A stretch of DNA of 64,000 nucleotides. It comes from Candidatus Latescibacterota bacterium (GTDB taxonomy: Bacteria > Latescibacterota > UBA2968 > UBA8231). The stretch is from the NCBI GenBank assembly GCA_965203355.1, contig OZ241889.1, positions 3,296,001-3,360,000 of the forward strand, written 5' to 3'. Below the pieces are notes generated by a model, which was given only the letters and a program-made list of their open reading frames with translations, was not told the origin of the DNA and did not search any database. A program made the position numbers and the translations under genes. Below are positions 39,169-46,775 of this stretch, in pieces (the first letter of the stretch is position 1; each line of letters starts with the position of its first letter).

Positions 39169-40473
39169 ATGCGTGTCGCCTACATCACGGCTGGTGCCGC
39201 CAGCATGTACTGCGGCAGCTGCATCCACGACAACGCGCTCGCCGCCGCCCTAACGCGCCGCAACGCCGAGGTCGCCCTGATCCCGACCTACACCCCGCTG
39301 CGCACGGACGAGGAAAACGTTGCGCTGGACCGCGTCTTCTACGGCGGCGTCAGCATCTTCCTGCAACAGCAGTGGTCGTTTTTTCGCCGCACGCACCGCC
39401 TCTTTGACCGCGTGCTCGACTCGCCGCTGCTGATCCGCCTGCTCGCGCGCTTTGGCTCGGCTACCAACGCCCGCGACTTAGGGCCGCTCACCGTCTCCAT
39501 CCTCGCCGGCGAAGCGGGCAACCAACAAAAGGAACTCGCCCGCCTCATCGCCTATCTCCAGCGCGACTTCAAACCCGACCTCATCCAGCTAACCAACGCC
39601 CTGTTCGTCGGCATGGCCCGCCAATTAAAAGCACAACTCAGCGTCCCGGTCCTCTGCGCCCTCCAAGGCGAGGACCTGTTCTTAGACGGCCTAGTTGAAC
39701 CCTACAAGACCCAGGCCCTCGACATCCTGCGCCAGCGCGCCCAAGACATCGACGCCTTCATCGCTCCGTGTGCGTATTACCAAGATCACATGGCCGAATA
39801 TCTACAAGTGCCGCGCGGCAAAATCCACGTGGTGCCGCTCGGCCTCAATCTAAGCGGCCACGGCCAAGCACCCGGGCCGGCCGACAGCCCCTATAAAATC
39901 GGCTACCTCGCCCGCATCTGCCCGGAAAAGGGCTTTCACCTGCTCGTCGATGCCTTCCGACAACTAAAAGAACAACCCGAATTTGCCTCCCTGCGCCTCG
40001 AAGCGGCTGGCTACCTCAGCGCGTACGACAAGCCTTACTTCGCCGAGCAAGTGCAAAAAATCCGCCGCTGGGGGCTAGCCGACTCGTTCACCTACCACGG
40101 CGAGGTCGATCGCCGCGAAAAAATTCGCTTCCTCTGTTCGCTACACGTCTTTTCGGTACCTTCGGTTTACCCCGATCCCAAAGGGCTGTCTATCCTCGAA
40201 GCCCTAGCCAACGGCACTCCGGTCGTCCAACCTAACCACGGCGCGTTCCCCGAGCTGATCGCATCCACTGGCGGCGGTATCCTCGTCGACCCCCATTCCC
40301 CGGCGAGCCTAGCCAACGAACTGGCCGCCTTGCTGCGCGACAAAAAGCGGCGATGCCAACTCGGACAAACCGGCCAAGCGGCGGTCCACAGTCGCCGCCA
40401 CGCCGACGCCATGGCCGCGGCGACGCTCGCCGTGTACCGGTTCAGTTTGACTCAATGCGAGGGCAGCAAATAA
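39169..40473 (+). CDS. Glycosyltransferase family 4 with N-terminal MYCGSC motif
   Basis: IGYLARICPEKG, PKGLSILEALANGTPVV, GAFPELI. Confidence 0.85.
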   Translation: MRVAYITAGAASMYCGSCIHDNALAAALTRRNAEVALIPTYTPLRTDEENVALDRVFYGGVSIFLQQQWSFFRRTHRLFDRVLDSPLLIRLLARFGSATNARDLGPLTVSILAGEAGNQQKELARLIAYLQRDFKPDLIQLTNALFVGMARQLKAQLSVPVLCALQGEDLFLDGLVEPYKTQALDILRQRAQDIDAFIAPCAYYQDHMAEYLQVPRGKIHVVPLGLNLSGHGQAPGPADSPYKIGYLARICPEKGFHLLVDAFRQLKEQPEFASLRLEAAGYLSAYDKPYFAEQVQKIRRWGLADSFTYHGEVDRREKIRFLCSLHVFSVPSVYPDPKGLSILEALANGTPVVQPNHGAFPELIASTGGGILVDPHSPASLANELAALLRDKKRRCQLGQTGQAAVHSRRHADAMAAATLAVYRFSLTQCEGSK

Positions 40474-40485
40474 ACGCGGGGGATT

Positions 40486-40514
40486 TTGACAAATTTACGA
40501 TTCAATCGTAAATT
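40486..40514 (+). promoter_or_regulatory. Promoter overlapped by a perfect 23-bp palindromic operator
   Basis: TTGACA 40486-40491, 17 bp, TAAATT 40509-40514; AATTTACGATT-C-AATCGTAAATT at 40492-40514; ATG at 40521. Confidence 0.75.
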
Positions 40515-40520
40515 CGCCAC

Positions 40521-41062
40521 ATGATCAAGCGAACCCTACAACAGTATCTTTTGCGCGATGCCCGCTTGTACCCGGTACTCACCCTCACCGGCCCACGCCA
40601 AGCTGGCAAGACGACTTTCTGCTACCGCCACATCACCGCAACTTCAGCAAGCGGCTGATCAAAAGTCCCAAGCTGTACTTCTACGACACCGGCCTCGCCT
40701 GTTATTTGCTGGGCATAAAAGACCCCCAAGTGCTGCCCACCCATCCGTTGCGCGGCGCCCTTTTTGAAAATTATCAAGTCGCCGAGGTCGCCAAAGCCTT
40801 CTACCACCATCGCCAGCAGCCCCCGCTGTATTTTTGGCGCGACCGCACCGGCCACGAGGTCGATCTACTGGTGGAACAGGGATCGGCGCTCTACCCGATT
40901 GAGATCAAGTCTGGACAAACGGTCAGTTCGGATGCGTTCACGGCCCTTGCTTGGTGGAGCCGCACGGCCGGACAGGACCTGGCGAATGCTTCGCTGATCT
41001 ACGGCGGCGACCGCGCACACCGGCAGAGCCGAGTGGCGGTGCGGCCGTGGTTTGCCGTTTGA
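40521..41062 (+). pseudogene. AAA+ ATPase/DUF4143 protein with large internal deletion and frameshift
   Basis: MIKR...LTGPRQAGKTT switches frame at ~40617 into KRLIKSPKLYFYDTG...FENY...YFWRD...EVD...IEIK. Confidence 0.85.
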
Positions 41063-41109
41063 ACGGGATCACACGTTGGGGTTGGGGGTTGCGTCAACCT
41101 GCGGTCGTG

Positions 41110-43020
41110 CTACCGCAGCAGGATGAGCTTGCGCTTTGCGACAACCTGGTCCGTCGTCAGCCGATAGAGGTACACGCCGCTGGCCACCCGGGCCCCAGCG
41201 GCGTCCCGACCGTCCCAGTGCAGCCGGTGGTAGCCAGCCGACTGCGGCCCTTCGGACAACACCGCCACCCGTTGGCCGCTCAGCGCGAACACTTCCAGCC
41301 GCACCAGACCCGGCTCCAGCAGAAAATACGAAACAACGGTCTCGCTGTTGAACGGATTGGGTGCGTTTTGCCGCAGCTCGGTGCGGCTGGGCCGGGCCAC
41401 CCGTTTGCCGTCGAAGCCCGCGTATTCCGACGCTTGTCCCGTGGCCGTAAAGGTGAGCACCGTGTCGACATTAGCGACCGTGGCCGCCACCATGTTCGGC
41501 CCCGGCTTGGGGCCGAGCCGCAGAGAGTTTCTGGCGCGTCCCGTGGCATCGGTGGTGGCGGTGGCAGCCGACAGCGTCCCGCCGCCGGCCGCAATGGAAA
41601 AGCGGACGACCACTCCGGCCTTAGCCGAGCCGTTTTGGTCCAAGGCCGCAACGACAAACGGCTCGGCTAAGGCCGCACCCACTAGCCCTTGCTGCTCGTC
41701 GCCGGATATTTTTTTCAGGGTGGAAGGCTTCGCTCCGTTCGAGGTTGCGGCCAGCGCATTGGCCGGACTTGGGCTAACAAAGGCGCGCCCGGTTTTTTCC
41801 TCCGCTCGAAACACGACTAGGTCCTTGTCGTATTGATCTTTGACTAACCAGATGTGACCAATCAAGGTCTGTATAATGTGATGTCCGAAGGCGAGGCGGC
41901 CGCGGTATCGCTCCGCACCATTAGGCGCTAGCCAATAGTAGGTGATCGGGGCGGCCGTGTTATTTATCAAGACGATCTCTGTTTCGCCCATTTCGCTACT
42001 TAGGCTTCTTAGGCTTGAAAGCTGACTCGGATCATACAGCGTCAAATTCACCCACTTATCGCCGCCGTCGCTGGCTGGATCAAACAATTGCTTAAAACAC
42101 GCGACTAACTCCGGCGGCCATGCAAACGTTGGCGAATACTGCGGGTCAAATCCTTGCAGATGCGGCAGTTGGGTGCGCGTTGTAGCCGGTGTGTAGCGCC
42201 AGTCTGTATCGCCAAAGACCTCGGTAATCAACTCGGCCAGCACGGGGTCGTAATCTTTTAACTTGGCCCGAGTGTTAATGCCAAAGAATGCAAACTGTGC
42301 GTCGAACCAAACTTGTACCCCTTCAGCCCAGTACTCATTCTTGTTTGTAGAAGCATAAGTGCCTTTCCACAATCCCTGGGCTATGGCCGAGTCAAACGCC
42401 TCTCCCAGCCGATCATCAAAATCCGGATCGACCGTATTCAATCCATACCGATGCACGCTATGACTGAACTCGTGAATCAGAACGTTGTACCCGTCGTAGG
42501 GATCGCCCGGATAATTCAGCAAGTTTTCCTCGCCGCAACTCGATTCTCGGGTCCCCAAACCGCGCGCCCGGCGATCCCAAAAAAAACTAGGGCGGAGATA
42601 AGCGTATTCGGGAATCTGCGTTAGCATTTCGCTATATGCGATCACGGAAAAACTAGCCCTGTTTTGCACCATCGCCTGTAGCACCGCTGGGCGATGGCTC
42701 ATTAGCTGCCAAATCAGCCATGCCGCTTCTTTTACGGCGGATGGATTCACGTTCTCTGATGCTACAACCGGGAATCCTTCCACATCGATCCATTGCTGGT
42801 AAAACGACGTCAGCTCGAAAGCAGCCCGAACCGCTGGTGAAGGCGCGCGGATGAGGAAGTCTTCGCTGCTGGGGGGTGTCGTCTCGGCAAGTCGCTTGGC
42901 GGCCGGGTGCGCGAAAGGTAGGTGGCAAGCTGGCGAGGGCAACGCATAAGCCACGGCCAGCGGCCAAAGCACGCAGCCGATTAACGCAAAAAGGACCGCG
43001 CGAAAAACGGATGTTTTCAT
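41110..43020 (-). CDS. Secreted multidomain protein: zincin (HExxH), VHL-beta-like, Big-1 and FlgD-Ig tail
   Basis: Signal peptide from MKTSV; IHEFSHSVH...EYWAEG; INNT..ITYYWL..G...QT..GHIWLVKD; ISGDEQQG..PFVV..TDATG; QNAPNPFN...WDGRD..G..VASGVYLYRL. Confidence 0.75.
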   Translation of the reverse strand: MKTSVFRAVLFALIGCVLWPLAVAYALPSPACHLPFAHPAAKRLAETTPPSSEDFLIRAPSPAVRAAFELTSFYQQWIDVEGFPVVASENVNPSAVKEAAWLIWQLMSHRPAVLQAMVQNRASFSVIAYSEMLTQIPEYAYLRPSFFWDRRARGLGTRESSCGEENLLNYPGDPYDGYNVLIHEFSHSVHRYGLNTVDPDFDDRLGEAFDSAIAQGLWKGTYASTNKNEYWAEGVQVWFDAQFAFFGINTRAKLKDYDPVLAELITEVFGDTDWRYTPATTRTQLPHLQGFDPQYSPTFAWPPELVACFKQLFDPASDGGDKWVNLTLYDPSQLSSLRSLSSEMGETEIVLINNTAAPITYYWLAPNGAERYRGRLAFGHHIIQTLIGHIWLVKDQYDKDLVVFRAEEKTGRAFVSPSPANALAATSNGAKPSTLKKISGDEQQGLVGAALAEPFVVAALDQNGSAKAGVVVRFSIAAGGGTLSAATATTDATGRARNSLRLGPKPGPNMVAATVANVDTVLTFTATGQASEYAGFDGKRVARPSRTELRQNAPNPFNSETVVSYFLLEPGLVRLEVFALSGQRVAVLSEGPQSAGYHRLHWDGRDAAGARVASGVYLYRLTTDQVVAKRKLILLR

Positions 43021-43112
43021 GGAATCAGTCTTCTGTGTGGGATCGGCGTTGGCATCGACCGGGGCCAAAACAAGGTCGATTTTGGTGCGGCTGTCAAAAT
43101 CGCGCCGCCGCG

Positions 43113-44006
43113 TTAAATTTTCCCGGCCGCGACAAACTCCCGCAAGAGTGCCAAGAAAGCCTCGGTCGCGGGCGCACGCCGGCGGCCCCGGTGCTCGATG
43201 AGACCTATTTGGCGTTTGGCCAATCCATGGACCGGTATGGCGCACACTTTTCCGGCGGCGACTTCTGCTTCCACGGCCACCGCTGGCACCAGCGCGACCC
43301 CCAACCCAATCTCCACATAGCGCTTGATAATCTCGATCCCGCCGAGCGTCATTTCAACCTGCAACGCCAAGCCCTCCTGCTGAAAAATCTCGTCGAGCAA
43401 ATGCCGACTCGTGCTCCCGCGCTCCAAGACCAGAAACGGATATTGGGCAAGCTGTTTGAGCCGTATCCTGCGCCTTTTGCTCAGCGCGTGGTTCCGGGGA
43501 CAAATGAGCACATCCCGCCGCGCAAAAAGCGGCGCGCTGACCAAATCGCGGTGCTTGACCGGCAAGGTCGCCAACCCGAATTCCACCTCGTCGTTGAGCA
43601 CTAGCTTGCTCACCTCCGGCGACATTCGATTGCGGATGTCCAACTCGACCGCCGGGTAGCGCGCGCGGAACTCGGCGAGCACGTTGGGCAAAACATAGGT
43701 GCAGTTGGTATCGCTCGTCCCGATGGCCAGCCGCCCCCGCAAAATCTGCTTGAGCGCCGCAATATCGTCGCGCGCCTGCTCCAGCCGGGCGAGCACCTCC
43801 TTCGCCTGAGCAAAGAGGATCTCGCCGGCGGGCGTCAGACGGAGCTGCCGCCGATTGCGCTCGAGTAGGAGCGCGTCCAGTTCGCTCTCCAATGCCTTGA
43901 TCTGAAGGCTAAGGGCCGGCTGCGTCAGAAAGAGCTTGTCGGCCGCCCGCGTAAAGCTCTGCTCGCGGACGATTTCGTAGAAACTACGCAGTTGGTAGAG
44001 GTCCAT
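43113..44006 (-). CDS. LysR-family transcriptional regulator
   Basis: QLRSF...SFTRAADKLFLTQPALSLQIKALE, LTPAG, effector-binding domain. Confidence 0.95.
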   Translation of the reverse strand: MDLYQLRSFYEIVREQSFTRAADKLFLTQPALSLQIKALESELDALLLERNRRQLRLTPAGEILFAQAKEVLARLEQARDDIAALKQILRGRLAIGTSDTNCTYVLPNVLAEFRARYPAVELDIRNRMSPEVSKLVLNDEVEFGLATLPVKHRDLVSAPLFARRDVLICPRNHALSKRRRIRLKQLAQYPFLVLERGSTSRHLLDEIFQQEGLALQVEMTLGGIEIIKRYVEIGLGVALVPAVAVEAEVAAGKVCAIPVHGLAKRQIGLIEHRGRRRAPATEAFLALLREFVAAGKI

Positions 44007-44018
44007 TCCGAGTCTTTC

Positions 44019-44068
44019 ATTTATAAAACTTATGCTAAGAATAAGATATATAAATTTTCATTATGCTA
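44019..44068. promoter_or_regulatory. LysR T-N11-A boxes in the divergent lysR/purA-like promoter
   Basis: ATAA-N7-TTAT at 44050-44064; second T-N11-A at 44020-44032; TTATGCTA repeated at 44030 and 44061. Confidence 0.6.
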
Positions 44069-44126
44069 CAATTTCGCTTATCATCAGCGGTGTCAACCTA
44101 TTCACGCTTTGCAATGGAGGTGCGTT

Positions 44127-45146
44127 ATGAGCGCCATCATCGTCGTCGACGCCTTCTGGGGCGATTCGGGTAAAGGCAAGGTCGCCGCCTTCCTCGCGCA
44201 AAAACACCAAGCGGCTTACAGCGTCCGAGCGGGAGTCGGCACTAACGCTGGGCACAGCATTCTCTTTGCCGACGGCCGCGCAATCCGCACTCAGCAGTTG
44301 CCCTGCGGCTTTCTCCATCCCCGTACGCAACTGCGCGTGGGCAGCGGCGTCGCCGTTGATCCCGAGCTGTTCTTCGCCGAACTCGACGCGCTAGACCCGA
44401 GCTATGGGCTGCGCGAGCGCACCCGCGTTGATTACCGCTGCCCACTGATTCTGCCCGAGTACCGCCAACGCGAAGCGGCCGACGTCTTTCTGCAAGAACG
44501 CGGCACCACCGCCAGCGGCAGCGGTGTCGCCCACGCTGAATTTGCCCTGCGCCAAGCGCGACAAGCCCGCGACGAGCCTACCCTCGCCGATTACACCGCC
44601 GACGTGGCCCGCGAGCTCAACGAGAGCGGCCTGCGCGGTGAAACCATCGTCGTCGAGGGCAGCCAAGGCACCCACCTGTCGCTAGCCCTGAGCGACGACT
44701 ATCCCGACTGCACCGCGGACAACTGCACCACGGCCGCCTTGGCCGATGACGTCGGACTCAACTGGCGTCATATTGAAGAAGTCTACTTGGTGGTCAAAGC
44801 ACTGCCAAGCCGCGTCGGCACCGGCCCGCTCCCCCGGCAATTGACGCCGGCCGAAGAAGACCGCCGCGGCCTGGTCGAATACGGCGTGGTGACCGGGCGA
44901 CGGCGGCGCAAAGCCGCGGGCATCTCTTGGCCCCATTTGGAAACCGCCGTCCTACTCAATGGGCCCACCCAGTTGGCTCTGACCTTCTGCGACCACCTCG
45001 ACCCGGCGGTCGCCGGGGCGCGTCAGCACCGTGCCTTGACCGCGCCCGTCCGTCAGCTCATCGACGAACTGGAGACGCGATTCAACATTCCCGTATCGCT
45101 CTGCGATTGTGGGGTACACTTCGAGCATCTCATCGAGCGTGCGTGA
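44127..45146 (+). CDS. Short (339 aa) archaeal-type adenylosuccinate synthetase homologue, divergent
   Basis: SD GGAGG; WGDSGKGK, GVGTNAGH, VDYRC, EGSQG, SRVG.GP, EYGVVTGRRRR. Confidence 0.85.
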   Translation: MSAIIVVDAFWGDSGKGKVAAFLAQKHQAAYSVRAGVGTNAGHSILFADGRAIRTQQLPCGFLHPRTQLRVGSGVAVDPELFFAELDALDPSYGLRERTRVDYRCPLILPEYRQREAADVFLQERGTTASGSGVAHAEFALRQARQARDEPTLADYTADVARELNESGLRGETIVVEGSQGTHLSLALSDDYPDCTADNCTTAALADDVGLNWRHIEEVYLVVKALPSRVGTGPLPRQLTPAEEDRRGLVEYGVVTGRRRRKAAGISWPHLETAVLLNGPTQLALTFCDHLDPAVAGARQHRALTAPVRQLIDELETRFNIPVSLCDCGVHFEHLIERA

Positions 45147-45212
45147 CCTCTCGACAGCAGCGAGTCTGCTAGCCACATTATGGGCAAACGCGCAAGCGAA
45201 AGGATTACCTCC

Positions 45213-45683
45213 ATGACTTGGCTCGTCTTCGCCCTGCTCACGGTCGCTAGCTGGGGCTGCTACGGCGTCCTGCTGCACACCGGCCAGCTCGCCATGGCCG
45301 ACCCGGTACACGGCCGCTACAAAGCCTTCCTCTTTGTCGGCTTGGCCTATCTCCTCACGGCGGTTTTCGGCTCGCTGATCGTCCTCGCCTACCACGGCGC
45401 GAGCGGGCTCTATCCGGCCAAAGGCGTCTTTTGGTCCACGGCCGCTGGCATCGCCGGGGCCATCGGCGCGTTGGGCGTCCTCCTCGCCTTCGGGGCCAAG
45501 GGGACGCCAGCCGTGGTCATGTCCATCGTCTTTGCCGGTGCTCCCATCGTCAACGCGGTCGTCGCCGTGCTATTGCATCCGCCCGCTGGCGGCTGGGCTA
45601 CCGTGCGCTGGCCCTTTGTCCTCGGCATCGTCTTAGCCGCTGTGGGGGGCTGCCTAGTGACCTTCTTCCGCCCGGGCAACTGA
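45213..45683 (+). CDS. DMT/EamA-like small membrane protein
   Basis: About five TMs; WG.YG, VMSIVFAGAPIVNA. Confidence 0.6.
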   Translation: MTWLVFALLTVASWGCYGVLLHTGQLAMADPVHGRYKAFLFVGLAYLLTAVFGSLIVLAYHGASGLYPAKGVFWSTAAGIAGAIGALGVLLAFGAKGTPAVVMSIVFAGAPIVNAVVAVLLHPPAGGWATVRWPFVLGIVLAAVGGCLVTFFRPGN

Positions 45684-45684
45684 C

Positions 45685-46101
45685 GTGTCCGTCGAATTCC
45701 GCACCCGCCGCCGCATTGAGTGGGCCGATACCGATCCGGCCGGCATCGTCCACTTTGCCCGCTTCTTCGTCTTTATGGAAGCGGCCGAGCACGCCTGCTG
45801 GCGCAGCCTCGGCCTGAGCGTCCACAGCCAATGCAACGGCGACATCATTAGCTGGCCCCGGGTCGTCGCCGAATGCGAGTACTTCCGCCCGGTCTCCTTT
45901 GAAGAGGTCCTCGACATCCACGTACGCCTCGAAGAGCAGGGCGAGAAATCCCTCTGTTTTCGCTTCGACTTTCACTGCGGCGGCACGCACATAGCCCAAG
46001 GCCGACTCAAGATCGCCTGCTGCGTCTGCAATCCGGGCGAAGCCATCCGCGCCATCCCCATCCCGGACTTTATCACCGGCAAACTGGCGGCCTCCCCGTG
46101 A
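45685..46101 (+). CDS. 4HBT/YbgC-type acyl-CoA thioesterase
   Basis: WADTDPAGIVHFARFFVFME.AE hot-dog fold motif. Confidence 0.9.
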   Translation: MSVEFRTRRRIEWADTDPAGIVHFARFFVFMEAAEHACWRSLGLSVHSQCNGDIISWPRVVAECEYFRPVSFEEVLDIHVRLEEQGEKSLCFRFDFHCGGTHIAQGRLKIACCVCNPGEAIRAIPIPDFITGKLAASP

Positions 46102-46775
46102 ACGCAGCCCCGGCCCTGGTCGCCACTGGTGTCTGCAAGCACTTCGCCCGCGGCGGCCAGACCATCGAAGTGCTGCGCGGGGTCTCCCTGTGCGCCGCGG
46201 TGGGCCAATCCCTGGCACTCATCGGCCCGTCCGGCTCGGGCAAGAGCACCTTGCTGCACCTGCTCGGCACCCTCGAACCCCCAACCGCCGGCCAAATCGC
46301 CATCCGGGGCCAAGACCCGCTAGCCCTCCCGGAACCGCAACTCGCCCGCTTCCGCAACCAGCACATCGGCTTCGTTTTCCAAAACCACCACCTGCTGCCC
46401 CAGTATTCGGCCCTCGAAAACGCCCTAATCCCCACCCTCGCCTTTCCCCAAGCCGACCGCCGCGCCCGCGCCCGCGACCTTTTGCAGGCGGTCGGTTTAG
46501 CAGAACGCCTCGACCACCGGCCGGCCGAGCTTTCCGGCGGCGAGTGCCAGCGCGTGGCTGTGGCGCGGGCCTTGATCAACCAGCCCGGGCTCTTGCTCTG
46601 CGACGAACCGACCGGCAGCCTCGACCGCCAGACCGCCACCACCGTCGCGGACCTGCTCTTCGCGCTGCACCGCGCCGAGCCAGCGGCCCTCGTCATCGCA
46701 ACCCACGACCTGGAGCTAGCGGCGCGTTGCGACCGCCGCCTGCTCCTGCGCGAGGGAACGTGCGTCCCAGCCTAA
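46098..46775 (+). CDS. LolD/MacB-type ABC ATP-binding protein
   Basis: GPSGSGKST, IGFVFQ, LSGGECQRVAVARAL, CDEPTG, ATHD; GTGA overlap. Confidence 0.95.
   Translation: MNAAPALVATGVCKHFARGGQTIEVLRGVSLCAAVGQSLALIGPSGSGKSTLLHLLGTLEPPTAGQIAIRGQDPLALPEPQLARFRNQHIGFVFQNHHLLPQYSALENALIPTLAFPQADRRARARDLLQAVGLAERLDHRPAELSGGECQRVAVARALINQPGLLLCDEPTGSLDRQTATTVADLLFALHRAEPAALVIATHDLELAARCDRRLLLREGTCVPA

Noticed and set aside
44127-45146. PurZ (Z-genome) gene
   Set aside because: The catalytic Asp is retained (GDSGKG rather than GSxGKG), and no datZ, mazZ, polymerase or phage genes are nearby
46190-46759. N-terminal extension of the ABC permease
   Set aside because: Off-frame shadow of the ATPase gene; GTG 46760 with an SD is the plausible start
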